From Ramazzottius varieornatus (Eukaryota; Animalia; Tardigrada): DNA of 64,000 bases. The notes beneath the pieces are model-generated. The model saw nothing but the letters and a program-made list of their open reading frames with translations, was not told the origin of the DNA and did no database searches. Made by a program: the position numbers and the translations under genes. Of the stretch, positions 38,101-50,807 are shown piece after piece. Where the stretch lies: the NCBI GenBank assembly GCA_001949185.1, contig BDGG01000006.1:1966827-2030826 (forward strand), in the 5' to 3' direction. The first letter of the stretch is position 1, and each line of letters begins with the position of its first letter.

Positions 38101-38579
38101 CAGTACACGCCCGATGGGTAAGTATAGGACAGTAAAAAGTATGGGGCAAGCGGAAAGGACGGTAAATTTACATCCCGAATGCGAACCAGAAATGAAAGTC
38201 GAGCATATGACGTAACGCAGTAAGTTTTAACCGCAGAAAATTTTCGTGGACAGTGCCCATCAGCCGATCAGCTGTTTGACTTTTGCGCTTCGAGGCTGCG
38301 GATTGCTTATTTACTTTCTTCTAGAGACGCTGTCGAATTCATATCGTTTCTGTAATCCATATCGTTTTTGCTTCCATAATGACCCAGCCCTTCAAGACCA
38401 AGCGACCTCGACGGTACACCAAAAAAGCCTTGAAGGACGAACTTTCTGCTATCCAGCCCGTACGTACAGCAAGGCAGCCTTCAGTGCTGCTTTTTGACTA
38501 GTTCTAGTAAGAATCACCTGCCCGTGCCACCGTAGCGAAAAGACCTGTCCCATACTTACCCATCGTGCGTGTACGACTG
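38101..38579. mobile_element. Tc1/mariner-superfamily MITE with TA target duplication
   Basis: TA|CAGTACACGCCCGATGGGTAAGTATAGGACAG ... CTGTCCCATACTTACCCATCGTGCGTGTACGACTG|TA. Confidence 0.8.
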
Positions 38580-39002
38580 TACGGTGGTATACCCACAATA
38601 AGCTCACCAAAATTAGCTTTGGTACTGGATGCCACTTTTCATAAAAAACGAAGCCGTACTGACAGATGAAAAACCACAGACTTCAACGTTAAATAGCAGG
38701 GAGCGGCTGTTTCGTACCGACGGTACATACCTTGGCATTGATTGCCTGGAACCGGGAAACTGTGTCTGCTGCGGTCGGCGTTTCCCGCCCGCCGGTTATG
38801 CCCTGTTCACCATAGTGTTTCCGGCGTGATGCGAAAGCAAAAGAATGATATTGTAGGTGGCGAAGCAACTGTTAGCGCTGTTGCTAGCAACTGTTATCTA
38901 CCAATAGAGCAGGTATCATAAACCTGGAGCGAATCTTATCTCCTTCGTCACTGCAACATGCCAACATGCAAAGCTAACAAAGGTAAACTGTATAGTCACG
39001 AT

Positions 39003-40654
39003 CAGTGTTGTTTTACTTAGTAAAAGTAGTAAAACCGACTTTTTCGACCTATACTATGCTAATGTTTACGGTTATCTCGGGAGAAGAGCAGATCAGGGCT
39101 TTAGAAGCTGAGCTCGAACGGTACATGTCGGAGAACGAAGAACCTCTTGCAGATGACGCAGCTGCAGCTAATTTGATCGTCGAGTACGAGAAGTTCGACC
39201 GAAGTGCTGACTTGAAGTTTGTCGACTATCAGCGCTATGCCTGCTTCATTCACACGTACCAGCTCGTGGTGAATATCTAAGAAGAAAGTGCGGCATTCAA
39301 GCCACTTACAGCGAAAGTGCGCAAGATCGTCGGGGCTTTCAAACATTCTCACCCAGCCACTCACGCTTTTCTTCAGATGTCTGGTAACCTCAAGCTCATC
39401 CAAGATAACTCGACTCGCTGGTGTAGTACGCTGCTGATGGTTGAAAGTATCGTCAAGCTGCAGGCCCCAGTCGAGACCATAATCGTCGTGCAGAAACTTG
39501 TGAAGCAAGACAACTTGTCACAGGGTGGATGGCTGGTTCTACAGGTGATAGTTCACTTTTTTGGAAAATCCATATCGGTTTGTGCGAAAATTTGAATCTA
39601 GCGTATGGTTCAATTTTACTACGGAAAAACAGAGCGAGATGATGTTAGTAATTTTGGACTGATGATAGACGATATTATGCTTCAGATTACGGTTCGGATG
39701 CAGGCGGAGAAGGACAGCACTATACATGAGGTAGTGCCATACTTGAGAGAAACCTTGGCACACCTTGAGAAGATGAAGCTCCTCGGACTGGAACTCGAAC
39801 TTGAAGCGCATGGCGTGTAAGACCCTTTTTACCAGATAGCAGTCGACATGATTGCCAATATCCACGATCGTTTTGACAAATGGCTTGACATCAGCCATGA
39901 GAAGTTCGACCCCCTTATGATTCTAGCCACCTCTCTGCATCCTGGGTCACTTGGCGTTCTCAGCAATGCTGAACAGAACGAAGCGATGAAGGCGGCTCCT
40001 CGGTACTTCAGGAAATGGTACATGCGTGACACTGATGGAAGTACTCCGGGTGAGACAATGTCGGAAGCGAAATCGCCTGTGAATGACTTCGCTGACGATG
40101 AATTCGATTACCTGAAAGACGTGCTAGCCGCAGCCAACACCGTAACTCCTTCCGCGCCGTACAGGATATCTGTCGAGGGACAGGTCGAAGAATATCTCAC
40201 TTCGCCACTAGCAGCCGGTTGTTCCGTCAAAATCGAACCAAGTGTGTTCTGGAAAAGCAATCGCGCCCATTTCCCTCATCTTGCCAGACTCGCTCTCGAT
40301 GTCCTAGCCATCCAGTGCTCTTCCTCGCCCTCCAAAAGAGTTTTCTCTACAGCAGGGGACGCTACTACGAGCAAGAAGAATCGAACGTCTGGGGAAACAT
40401 TAGGACAGAAGGTTCTTTGTGAAAAGAAACGCAGCGTACATTAACTACTCTTGTTAAATCCCCAGGTCCGGTGCTTCGTTGTACCGTTGGAGAATTGAGA
40501 TTAAGTTTTATTCGGGAACCTGCGAACTTTTAATCAAGTAAAAGTTCTACTTGTTAAGTTTGGAACCGGAAGCAGTTTAATTTAGCAGTTTTGGTGAGTT
40601 TTAATTAAGTAGAGGTAAAAGTAAAACTCCGAAAGTCGTAGCAAAACAACACTG
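39003..40654 (+). mobile_element. Internally deleted hAT DNA transposon with TIRs and 8-bp TSD; transposase pseudogene
   Basis: TIRs CAGTGTTGTTTT ... AAAACAACACTG; flanks GTCACGAT / GTCTCGAT (8 bp, 1 mismatch). Transposase fragments ACFIHTYQLVV, LIQDNSTRWCSTLLMVE, LATSLHP, FWKSNRAHFPHLARLALDVLAIQCSSSPSKRVFSTAG with stops and frameshifts. Confidence 0.9.
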
Positions 40655-40967
40655 GTCTCGATCGACAGAGTGCTTGATAATGCTGCCCGGCCAGGGAAGT
40701 TGTACCGGGGAATTTCACAAGCTGACAGCTGGCGATAGAAATTTCCTAGTCGACCGTTTTCAGCGCAAGACGGAACGGGCCTTTACAGTAGTCACGAGAT
40801 TTGGACATTCACAACTACCGCAGTGCGAAGGTTTGAGGAGTGACGCATATATGCATGCCGTTGTTGGAAAGAAGCACGCCGAGTGCTCGGATCTGCGGCT
40901 GCCACCTTTTCGTATTTATGTGATTTGCCGCATACGATGTACACGTGTACGTGATTTGCCGCATACA

Positions 40968-41764
40968 ATGAGTGGCGGCGAGAGCCGGAACTTTTGTATT
41001 GGCATCGATTTTGGTACCCGCAACAGTTCCATAGCATGCCTTCGAGGAGGACAGGCCATATCGAAAACAAATTCGTCGGGGCATGTTGTAACACCGAGCT
41101 TCGTGGCGTACACTGAGGATGAAGAAGGACAGGAGCTGGTTCTAACCGGGGCAAGTGCACAGAGCTTCGGACGTAATTTCCCTCAGCAGACGGCTTGCGC
41201 AATCAAGCGAGTAATCGGATCAGCTTACGCTGATCTTGCAAAACCGCCGTTAAAAGACACGGTTCTCAGCTGGCCTTTCAAAGTGGTGAATCACGAGTCG
41301 ACTCCGACGGTGGAAATCAAACTGGAAAATATGGTCATCCATAGAACACCACAGCAAGTCAGCGCTGAGTTGCTGAAAGCTCTCAAGGCCGATGCCGAAG
41401 CATTCCTTAAAGCCCCGGCGACCGAAGCCGTTATCAGTGTTCCGGGAAACTTGCGGGTTTGAAGGTAAATGCTATCTTTAACGAACCCACGGCTGCAGCA
41501 TTGGCCTACAGCAGAGTGGCGAAATTTAGCTCGAACAGTGCAAGCGCAATGATGGTCTTTGATTTCGGCGGAGGAACACTGGATGTGTCCATCGTCAAAA
41601 CCAGGGGAAAGTTAGACTTCGATGTCACAGCTACAGCGGGCGAGATGCAATTGAGCGGGGAGGATATCGACAGCTTTCTTGTTCACCACTTCGTTCACCA
41701 CTTTGAGGAGATGTACGGTGTGTACGGCATCACAAGCAACGGAACCGCAATGGGAAATTTAAGG
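40968..41764 (+). pseudogene. Hsp70-family pseudogene (N-terminal ATPase domain, truncated by pogo insertion)
   Basis: CIGIDFGTRNS, TPSFVAYT, AIKRVIG, TPQQVSAELLKALKADAE, AVISVP, then a deletion/frameshift, then [35 protein letters not shown]. Confidence 0.85.
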
Positions 41765-41766
41765 TA

Positions 41767-43685
41767 TTGTGGTGCTACCAAATTATCGCGCACTCAACCC
41801 CGTGACTAGTCATCGTTGCCCGGTATACCATTGCCGAAGTATTGTTGTAAAAGTGGCAAATCAATCAATCGATAATCCGGGCGGGGTCGTAAAGCGGTAC
41901 AATCAGAGGCCTTGATTAGTACTTTACTGAAATTACAGCCCAACATTCAGTTATCTCAGAATCACCCATCCTGGAAGCTGTCACAAAAGTACAATCAAAG
42001 AGTACGGTATCACATAAAATATCACTGGAGAAAGCGAAATGGCGTAGAAACACTTGTTGCAAGTGTACGAGGTAAACAGCTGGTTACACCGGAAGTACCA
42101 ATCAAGGCCTTTGATTGTACCGCCTTACGACCCCGCCCGGATTGTCGATTGATTGATTTGCCACTTTTACAACAATACTTCGGCAATGGTAGTCAGCTGT
42201 TGCTAAAATTGCATGGGTCGATTGACTTGATTGTGTAATTCAGTTGTTTCTGAAAAAAACATTGAGTTGAATTCAGGTATGTTTCGAAGCTTGAGAACAT
42301 TTATCATGGTTAAACCCTGCATCTTCTACACCGACAGAGACGCAAATGAAGCCTTGATAAAGTTCGAAGAAAGGGGACTATCCAGACGAAGATATGCGAA
42401 GCTCACAGGAATACCTGAATCGACGATACGTCACTGAAGGTGGGTAGAAGAACACCTGATGTGTCTACCTGACGACACCTGATGTTTCTTCTTTACAGAG
42501 AAAAGCTATCAGGCAAAGCGTGGAAGGAAAAATAGTCAGCAGGTACTGGATATAAAAGTCGAAGTAAGGAAGAGAATAGTGAGAAAGATAGAGTCGGACA
42601 GATTCACCCGCGATTCGGACATCAAGAAGGCCGCTGACCAAGTATCGAAAGAGCTGAACCTGGAACGCAACGTCTCTCGGGCCTGAATCTGGAAATGGAA
42701 GAAAGCCAACAGAATCACGTACAGGAGTCCCACTAAGGTTGGAAGCAAGACTGAAGACACAGTGGAAGATATCAAAGCAATGGAAAAGTATGAAGCACAA
42801 CTGGAAGAAATTTACAACCAATTATTTGATCCTTCGACCATCTGGAACATGGATCGGACCTCCGTCAAGCTTCAAAACCTTTACCGTGAGACTAGCGCTC
42901 AAGGGAACAAATGAAGTCCCCATAATCCAGCTCCCGGGTGATAAAGAGACCATGAAGGTGTTACTGATGGTTGCCGCTGACGGGACGAAATATCCCGCCG
43001 TGATCGTTTTCAAAGGCGCCAAGAAGACAGGTGTTCTTTCGGCCAACGTCATGAAGCTGAACATCCCCGAAAATGTGATCGTAAAGAGTAACCAGAAAGG
43101 GTGGTGGACCAATGACTTCGATGCGGCATACCTGGAAGAAGCTTTTCCCGTCAACGACAAACAGGTATCCCAGATATTGCTGTGCGATCACTGCAAAGCC
43201 CATGTGAGTCAGAATAGTGTTGACTTTCTCAAAGAGCGCGGTGTTCAACAGTTGCTGATTCCGAAAGGCAAAACGGGAGACAAACAACCTCTCGATGTTG
43301 GGGTAAATGGTCCTTTCATAGCCATAATGAGACGAATGTATCACGAATGGATGGAAAATCGGACAGCATTGACGAAGTCAGGATACCTGAAGAAACGTTC
43401 ACGTCAAGGTTTCGTCAACTTCGTGTCTCAAGCATGAGAAGAGGTTTCTCCTGTGACTACAGAAAGCTCCTTCGTAGAGGCTGGTGTTCTGCCAGAACCA
43501 GCTTACATGCTGGCAGACTACGTTCCAGCTGGAGATCCATTCGAGTTCGACTTTTCAGAGTAAAATTGTCCTTACCGTTTGGCTGTCATTGATTGTTGAT
43601 AAAGCAGTAGAGCGTTCATAATTCCCGGTCGGGCATCATTTATTGTGCACTTGGTCAAGTGCGCGATAATTTGGTAGCACTACAG
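41767..43685 (+). mobile_element. pogo/Tigger-like DNA transposon (DDE_1 transposase pseudogene)
   Basis: TIRs TA|TTGTGGTGCTACCAAATTATCGCGCACT ... AGTGCGCGATAATTTGGTAGCACTACAG|TA. HTH fragment GLSRRRYAKLTGIPESTIRH; DDE_1 motifs VLLMVAADGTKYPAVIVFKG, LLCDHCKAH, IPKGKTGDKQPLDVGVNGPF; frameshifts. Confidence 0.88.
41828..42189. mobile_element. MITE with ~95-bp TIRs nested in the pogo element
   Basis: TA|CCATTGCCGAAGTATTGTTGTAAAAGTGGCAAATCAATCAATCG... mirrored by ...CGATTGATTGATTTGCCACTTTTACAACAATACTTCGGCAATGG|TA. Confidence 0.85.
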
Positions 43686-44290
43686 TAGTATTCGATGTGT
43701 GCGATAGCTTGTACGTTGCTCGTTTGACCATGTGTTTGTACATGCCGGTTTGCCGGCAATCAAGTCGCCTCGACGGGAGTTCTTTATTTATTTGCACACT
43801 ATCCCATCCCCCCTGCAGTGCTCTGTTCATTTGATGCTCTTACGGGAGTTTACCGATATGTAAGCTTCCATTCCGTCAGTCATTTCCGTGTTCGTTCCCT
43901 GATTATCAATAGTCTTAGGAATGACAGTTGAGTTAAAGTAAAACAGTACAGAACGGTTAACGTAGAGCGCGAAGTGGCACAAACGGTAGTACTGTGAGTA
44001 CTCGTACGAAAGCGAGTTTTGTTCGGGTTAAACGCAGGGTTCAGGGACAGGTTTAAGGGACAAAGTTCGGAGCGAAAAGCGCCTGTCTGGCCGACGCTTG
44101 AAACCATTGTATAAACCTCGAAGCAATGGATTCCCTAGGATACTGGATGGTGGAACTACAAGTTGAACCATGGGACCAAATACTTCTTCTGATCGATGGC
44201 GGACTATGTCTCGCGAGATTAGAGGGATTTGGAGCAGATGAACGTGGAATCGTCGTGGATTCTACGCTACTCATCGCTTTTCATCAGTCC

Positions 44291-45403
44291 ATCTCAGTCT
44301 ATAGTTCAGAGTCTCATCTATCTTTCTGCCAAACCGGCTACAGGATCGGAGTAGACCGACTGACGTAAATTCCTTGTCAGTCCACGCTTCTTACCACTGC
44401 TAGCAATGTCGCAAGTAGTACATTTCGCGACATTTTCAAGTTCACCAGATAATTTCAGAACTCCTGCCCAAACCGACAATCCGATTTCAGAGTGAAATAA
44501 CAGCTGCTATGAACATCATCGTCACGTGTTCTACTTGCAACATTGCTCTGTACAGGAGGAGTAAGCATGTGTGGCCCAGTGAGGAAATGTNNNNNNNNNN
44601 NNNNNNNNNNNNNNNNNNNNNNNNNNNNNNNNNNNNNNNNGACGGCGTGACATGTATCAAGTATGCATTACGTTAACAGAAACACTTTCTATGTAAGATA
44701 GACAACACTGTAATTTCTTACGTCGTAGGCTTTATTTTAATTACGAGTGTCTCATGCTTTTCTATGGATGCGCCGTCTAAGACTACTGGGTCACACATTT
44801 CCTCTGTGGGTCACACATGCTTACTCCTCCTGTACGTAAGAAGCGTGGACTGACAAGGGATTTACGCCAGTCGGTCTATTCTGATCCTGTAACCGGTTGG
44901 GCAGAAAGATAGAGAAGACTCTGATCTATAGGTTGAGATAAGCTTAATCGGCGAATCTAAATCCTGGACATCTTGGAAAAGTTTGGAAGCAGGTAAGATT
45001 GTCGTACGTGGGCGTGCAAGTCTGCTCCGATGACGTAGTGTTCTTTGATTCAGGCTTTTGACTGAAGAGGAGGGATGAACAGCTGAGCAGGCATTTTTTC
45101 GTGGTGGCCGAACAGCTCACCACAGAGTGCTTGAAGCTGCGCAGACTGTGCGGCGTCCGACATGGGTATCGCGCCGATCAGCTGACAGCCTTGCGATCAA
45201 TTAAAAACCAAATGAAACCTCATTAGGTCGAAGAGCTTTGATTACTTCATCGGGACAAATTTTTACGAAAGTTGCTCTTCTATTCCCGAATTTTTCCAGG
45301 ACGTCCAGGATTTAGATTCGCCGATTCAGTTTATCTCAGCCTATAGATCAGAGTCTCCACAATCTCTCAGCCTTACCGGGTTCACGATCGGGGTGGACCG
45401 ACT
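44291..45403. repeat. Nested inverted-repeat complex (MITE ends in alternating orientation) spanning an assembly gap
   Basis: Unit ATCTCAG(T/C)CTATAG(T/A)TCAGAGTCTC...GACCGACT at 44291 (+), ~44868-44940 (-) and ~45333 (+). Inner IR TACAGGAGGAGTAAGCATGTG (44551) / CACATGCTTACTCCTCCTGTA (to 44834). Further IR 44917-44980 / 45292-45357. Confidence 0.75.
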
Positions 45404-45793
45404 CCCTTGTGAGTTTGAAATTCATCGCTTGCTCAGTGTGCCGATTCTTGGCGTCGATTTTTTAAGTTCCAATCTATGTTTCATAGTTCCATCCTCGGTC
45501 GGAGAAAAAAACTTCAATCGCACGAATTCTTAGTTCAACCATCTGGCGATGGTACCCAACTAGAGAATTTGTGGCTTCAAAGCTTCTAGAGCTGGTTTGA
45601 ATAATTTTTCTTTTCACTCTGAACTCAGTACATAACTTGAGCGAGGTTCAGAATGAACGTCAGAGTGTGGTACGTCGGTTTTGAAAAACCTTTGTAAGTG
45701 TAAAGTTCAGACGAATATTTTTGTCCGAAATCTGTATGAGGGGATTCAGTCCCTCCTCCAGTCTCAATTCTGAAACGGTAAGAAGATAGAGAA

Positions 45794-48061
45794 GAGCTTC
45801 CTCTATCGACTGGGACAGTCGTAACTGGCTTAAAGATATCCTGGAAAATACAGCAGGAAGCGGAAGCGTCGTAAGAATCTGGGCGTTACATAGCTATTCC
45901 GCCTAATCAAGTGGTTTGATTAACTAATGGTTGATTGGGCTCTTGATTGATGAAACTGCACTGTATTGCATAAGATCAGCTGGTACTCAGTTCAACGGCG
46001 CTCCTATGGATGTTTTCCAAACACATTCTTCCATTTTCTTTTCCTTCATAATCCGAACGACATGGATACTGTAAACCCTATGAACATCCTGAAGCTTCTG
46101 GAGACGGAATATGGGCAGCACTTCCAGCCAAGCGACTCATCAAGTGCAGCTGATAAGCTGTTGAAGACACGTGTCAAAGGTTTTAATTCTCACTAACGAT
46201 GTCGCTGTTGTGTAATATGCGGGCTGACTGCTCTGTTCCAGAATCTTTGGACACTCATCTTAGCCAGGCTGTCTGCCCTGTTTTGCCTACCGAGGAGAAC
46301 TTGCAGTTCCAGCTGCCCACTAACACCTTTACATTCGATAAATTTGAGAAGTCCATGGTCGAAACCTACCTGTTGAATGCTTATACCGAAGATGATTTCG
46401 ATGCTACTCCAAACGATCGTCTCACGAACTAGGAATCTATCCAACGAAACTGCGCCGTCGTCGCACGAACTGTTCTTCCCTAGAATACCGGATCCCAAAG
46501 TTCCATCTGATCAAACAGCCGACGTTGACTACAAGAAACGGGCCCTGAATTTCTGGACTGAGCTAGTCACCAAGAAGCGTCGTGGTCTGTCCTGCATGCA
46601 GATAAGTTTCAAGAAAGCAACTAGCGTACGTCAGCTGAACGAATGGAAGAGACAGTTAGCAGCGGGAGGCTCGCGAATCGTTAAGCAGAAAGCCATACGA
46701 CTGGAGGCGGGAAAACAACTCCTCCTCGCCAAGCAGAAACCTCATGTTGTAAAAGACATGGACATCCAGCGATGGGCCCTCACAACAAACCGTGATGTTG
46801 GTCTGGCTGGCTTTACAGCTTTGTCTTGGTGGGTTGCAAAAGTCAAACGGCACGTAGCGAGAGGTAGTACGGATGTTATCAAGCAAAATATCATAACAGA
46901 TTTTTTTAGTGTTTTTTCTTTTAGGTACTATGGCATTGGCGACAGAAAGATTACCAAGTTTGTCACGGAAAAGTACCTGAAAGAAGAACTGGAAATGAAG
47001 AAGAACGCAGATGAATGTGTTGCTCTAGTCAAATCAAGGATTCAGGCCTATGGGCAGGACTGCTTATGGAATGCAGACCAGTCGGGCTTTGAGTACGAGA
47101 TGCGTCCAGGTCGAACTCTGGATTTTGTCGGCGCAAAACATGTTTTAGCACTCACGATATCAGAAAATTCTATGACCTACAGTTATACGGTTATGATGTG
47201 CGTCTTTCCAGGTACTCGAAAGTTTTTACGGATTCTCTTCCTCACACTGCAAGAAGACAAGGGTGTCTTCGGGCCCATCGTCAAACGAACCATGTTTAAA
47301 GATAGAAATCTTCATGTGACCGCTTCGACTTCCGGCAAGATGACCAAGCAGCTGTTCATCGAGTGGTGTGAGAGAGTGTTATTTCCGCACATGCATCGTC
47401 ACTGCATATTCCTAGCCGATTCTTGGCCAACGTTCGCTGATCAAGACGTCTTCGAGGAAGTCAAACCTGAAGAGCTCGAGTACGAGATGATCACGATTCC
47501 ACCCAAAGTAATCGGTCAAATTCAGCCACTTGACGTCCTGTTTCCGCATGTACAAGGGATACTTCCGAAAGAGTTACGACTGGATATTCCTGAATGATCA
47601 GCCTGTGCAGGTGCATCACCGAGATGGGATCATTAAACTACATTCCATGATCTATCAGCAGCTCACTTCACCCAGATTTCAAAACTTAATCGCCCAAGCT
47701 TGGCACTTGTCAGGTTACATTGACAAGTCCTTTACGTATGTGAATCCGACGGAATCCTGTTTCGATGGTCTGACTGGTCACTGCGACCACGACAGCTGCT
47801 CACGTTCGCTGCTTCTAAAATGTGGCTCGTGTAAAGCCCCTCTTTGCTTTCGACATTTCTACGAGAAATACCACTTTTCTAAAATTTATCTTCCTTGACA
47901 TGTACATCCAGACCTCTTTCCAATGAGATGATAGTCGCCTGATAAAATCAGCAGCCATGTACCGCCTAGATTCTTACGTCACTTCCGCTGTATTGCAGGT
48001 ACTGCATTTTGCAGATTATTTTTGAGCCGGCTACGACTGTTCCAGTCGACAGAGGAAGCTC
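45794..48061 (+). mobile_element. Tc4/Tc5-like (pogo superfamily) DNA transposon with ~110-bp TIRs; transposase pseudogene
   Basis: TIRs GAGCTTCCTCTATCGACTGGGACAGTCGTAAC... / ...GCTACGACTGTTCCAGTCGACAGAGGAAGCTC. DDD-core motifs WNADQSGFEYE, FLADSW, IPPKVIGQIQPLDV; frameshift near 47540; C-terminal CDHDSC..CGSCKAPLCFRHF..YH Cys/His tail typical of Tc5-like transposases. Confidence 0.88.
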
Positions 48062-49771
48062 CAGTAAAAGTCAGCGATTCAGACAAGGAAATGCGGGCTA
48101 TTTTTGATCGCCGCTATCCCCTAACGTGACAGGTCCGCAGCAAAACCTAAAAGGTCAAAAGTTAGTATGAACATCGGTCCATCGATAGCACCAAAAGAGA
48201 TGTCCAACAAAACTAGCGTGCGCTGTTTTTGCGTATGGGTTCTACGCTTGCTTCCAGACAACTCAATCGAATTGTTTCTCATCTCCATCATCTGCACACT
48301 TTGTACGACAGAACCATGCTTATTCTCGAGAACACACTCCGTAGCATCTCTCAAAATTCATTTCGCTGAAATCGGACGAAAAAATCTGAAGATATTCAAA
48401 ATTTAAGTTTTTCGTCCATAAAAATTTTTGCAAAGTCGTCTGTCACGTGATCGGAAAGTATGAAGTGCGTTCAACCTGGTGGTGTTTGGATCATATAAAT
48501 CGGACGACGGGTTCAGAAGATATAAGCAAGCAAACCAAGACCATGGGGTGGCGATGACCTCTGAGCGTGACTGTATGCTTACCCTGGCTTTGCGTCCCTT
48601 AGCTTGGACCCCGGTTGAGTCTGCCTCTTTGCCGCTCTGAACGACAAAAGCCATTGAAAATGGAAACCTTGCGGTAAGGTCTCTGCGCCAGTCAGCGCTT
48701 GAATCGTTTCTAGGCTGTCTGACAGCCGCAGCGCCAACCAGCGCTCACCCATAAGCGTCGTATTGTGAGTGTAATACAGGATGGCGATCGCTCGCAATAT
48801 CCCCTCCTTTTAATCGACCGTGATGCTCCAGTCCACAACCATTTTCGTACGGGAAATGGACAATTGCGTACCTCAACGTATTTTCGATGGTGATTTCCAC
48901 AAACCCAGCGGGTTGCTTTTCGTTGACGAATATCATCAGTTGACGGCCAAACCTTTGCGCCAGAAGCCCAGTGACACTTCACAGTGCAGGAAATCTGTCT
49001 CCGTATGATTCCAACAGTTGCCCACAGGCAGCTGTACCGTATGCGACAGTCTCTGCAGCGTAGCCAAAAATACCTTGTTCCATCTCCAGAGGAAATTTTT
49101 CTAGCAAAGTTTCGCGAAGACGTGGCAAAACGACGATGTGCCGATTACCAATATTTTGAAGTCCGCGACATCGCCATTTTGGTTTGTCAGGTACAACTTG
49201 CGAAGCCAACACACCGCTTGGATGAGGATGTTGGCCAACTGCCGTAATATATTTTTAAGATCTTCTTGTCGGAACAGAACGTCTGGGTAGCTTCCGACTC
49301 GAACACTTTTTTGCCTTTGTGTCATCAGGTTGATCTTCGTATTCTCGCACTGGATTCTCAAGCTGCGAAGGTGCTTGCGGTCGGTAGTATCAAATCCGCC
49401 AATGACTCTTGCGATATATTCTTGTTGAAGTAGGACGTCGATTTCAGTCCCCGACAGCGGCATAGGATTCGCAAAAACCGTAAAACTTTCCGGAGCTTTG
49501 GTTTCCGTGTGCTCTGTGGACGTGTATAACCATACCCCCTTTCTCCGAGCGCCGATGTCCACTATAATTACATTCTTGCAACAACTGCTGGGGTCCAGCG
49601 AATGGACAAAACACCCCATGTTAGCACCGACGTGATCCGGAATCAAGGCAACCCGTTCCAATCCCGCAGCTCTTCACTCTTCTGCGAGAAGGTTCGTCTC
49701 CGTGACGTGTTTGACAGTATATTGTCCAAAACGAATCTGTTATTGAACCGCCGCCAATAACCACGAAAATA

Positions 49772-50465
49772 ATGCTGTCCGCCACCGAATTTTCCATTTG
49801 CTTGCTGAGCAGAAACCGAGCGTTCTCCGCATCAAGTTGTAGATCTCGACGGGTTACATCTAGATCTCAGCGCGACAACCGCGGCAGCCAGGCAAAACCA
49901 TGAACGAGTGGCTAAAAGATTATCCGACCACTTGCCCCTGAATCAGGGGTAAATTTCTCCTCGGTCGGTGCTTATCGAAACTAATTTGTGCTACGCGCAT
50001 AGCGAGCTAAACAGGGTAGATCTCACGGTTAAAAAATTGAAGCACCAGTGAAATGTGCCATATGATATGAAAAACTCTTTGGATGAGGACTAATTTTGAT
50101 CTTCGAAACGGATCTTTCCTCTACCTCTAGATCCTTCAGCTTGAAACTTTCCTCGCTGATAAACCCTCGTGGTGTTTAGCCAAACATTGAACCGCGACAT
50201 TGAATTGTCGCGGTTCAGAAAGATTGAATAAATACACAGAAGATAATAACGCAACCGGCAGTCGGAAACCAACTGTCGCAAAAACAGTCTTAGTTTCGCG
50301 ATCGCTGGTGTGACGAAGCTATGCTGTGCAATTTTAGCTGTTTCATTGAATGCTCTAAAAAGTAGTATTAAACGTTCCAAACCCGCCCTTCACACCCTAG
50401 GCGGAAAACGCGTTTCACGAACAATTTGAGATCAGAGCAAATGGAAAAGTCGGTCGCGGACAGCC
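49772..50465. mobile_element. Degenerate inverted-repeat element
   Basis: GCTGTCCGCCACCGAATTTTCCATTTGCT (~49774) vs AGCAAATGGAAAAGTCGGTCGCGGACAGC (~50436). Confidence 0.45.
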
Positions 50466-50807
50466 TCAAATAACAAACAGGTGATGTTTGGTAAAACCCC
50501 GCCGAATCAGCGCGTCAAAGTACGAGCCACCGAGTTCATGCGTGTGTCGTCTGCTTGGCACACCCATGATGGAAAATCATGGGACAGTACAAATTATGGG
50601 ACAGGCCTTTACGTTACGGCGGTACGGAAGGACGTACATACTCGACCGATTCACAGTAATATACTTTTCGACACATTTCGACGCTTTTCTACGTTTGAAT
50701 TTCCATTTTGCCGTCTTTTCCGCCTGGTCCATAATGTTTACTAGCCCATATTTTCCGTCGTGCGTGTACTGCAAAAGTTCGCTGCATCCGCGCAGTACGT
50801 ACACTTA

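Noticed and set aside
40660-40967. Heat-shock elements upstream of the Hsp70 copies
   Set aside because: Only isolated two-unit GAAnnTTC or TTCnnGAA matches (e.g. ~40738, ~52355); no convincing three-unit HSE.
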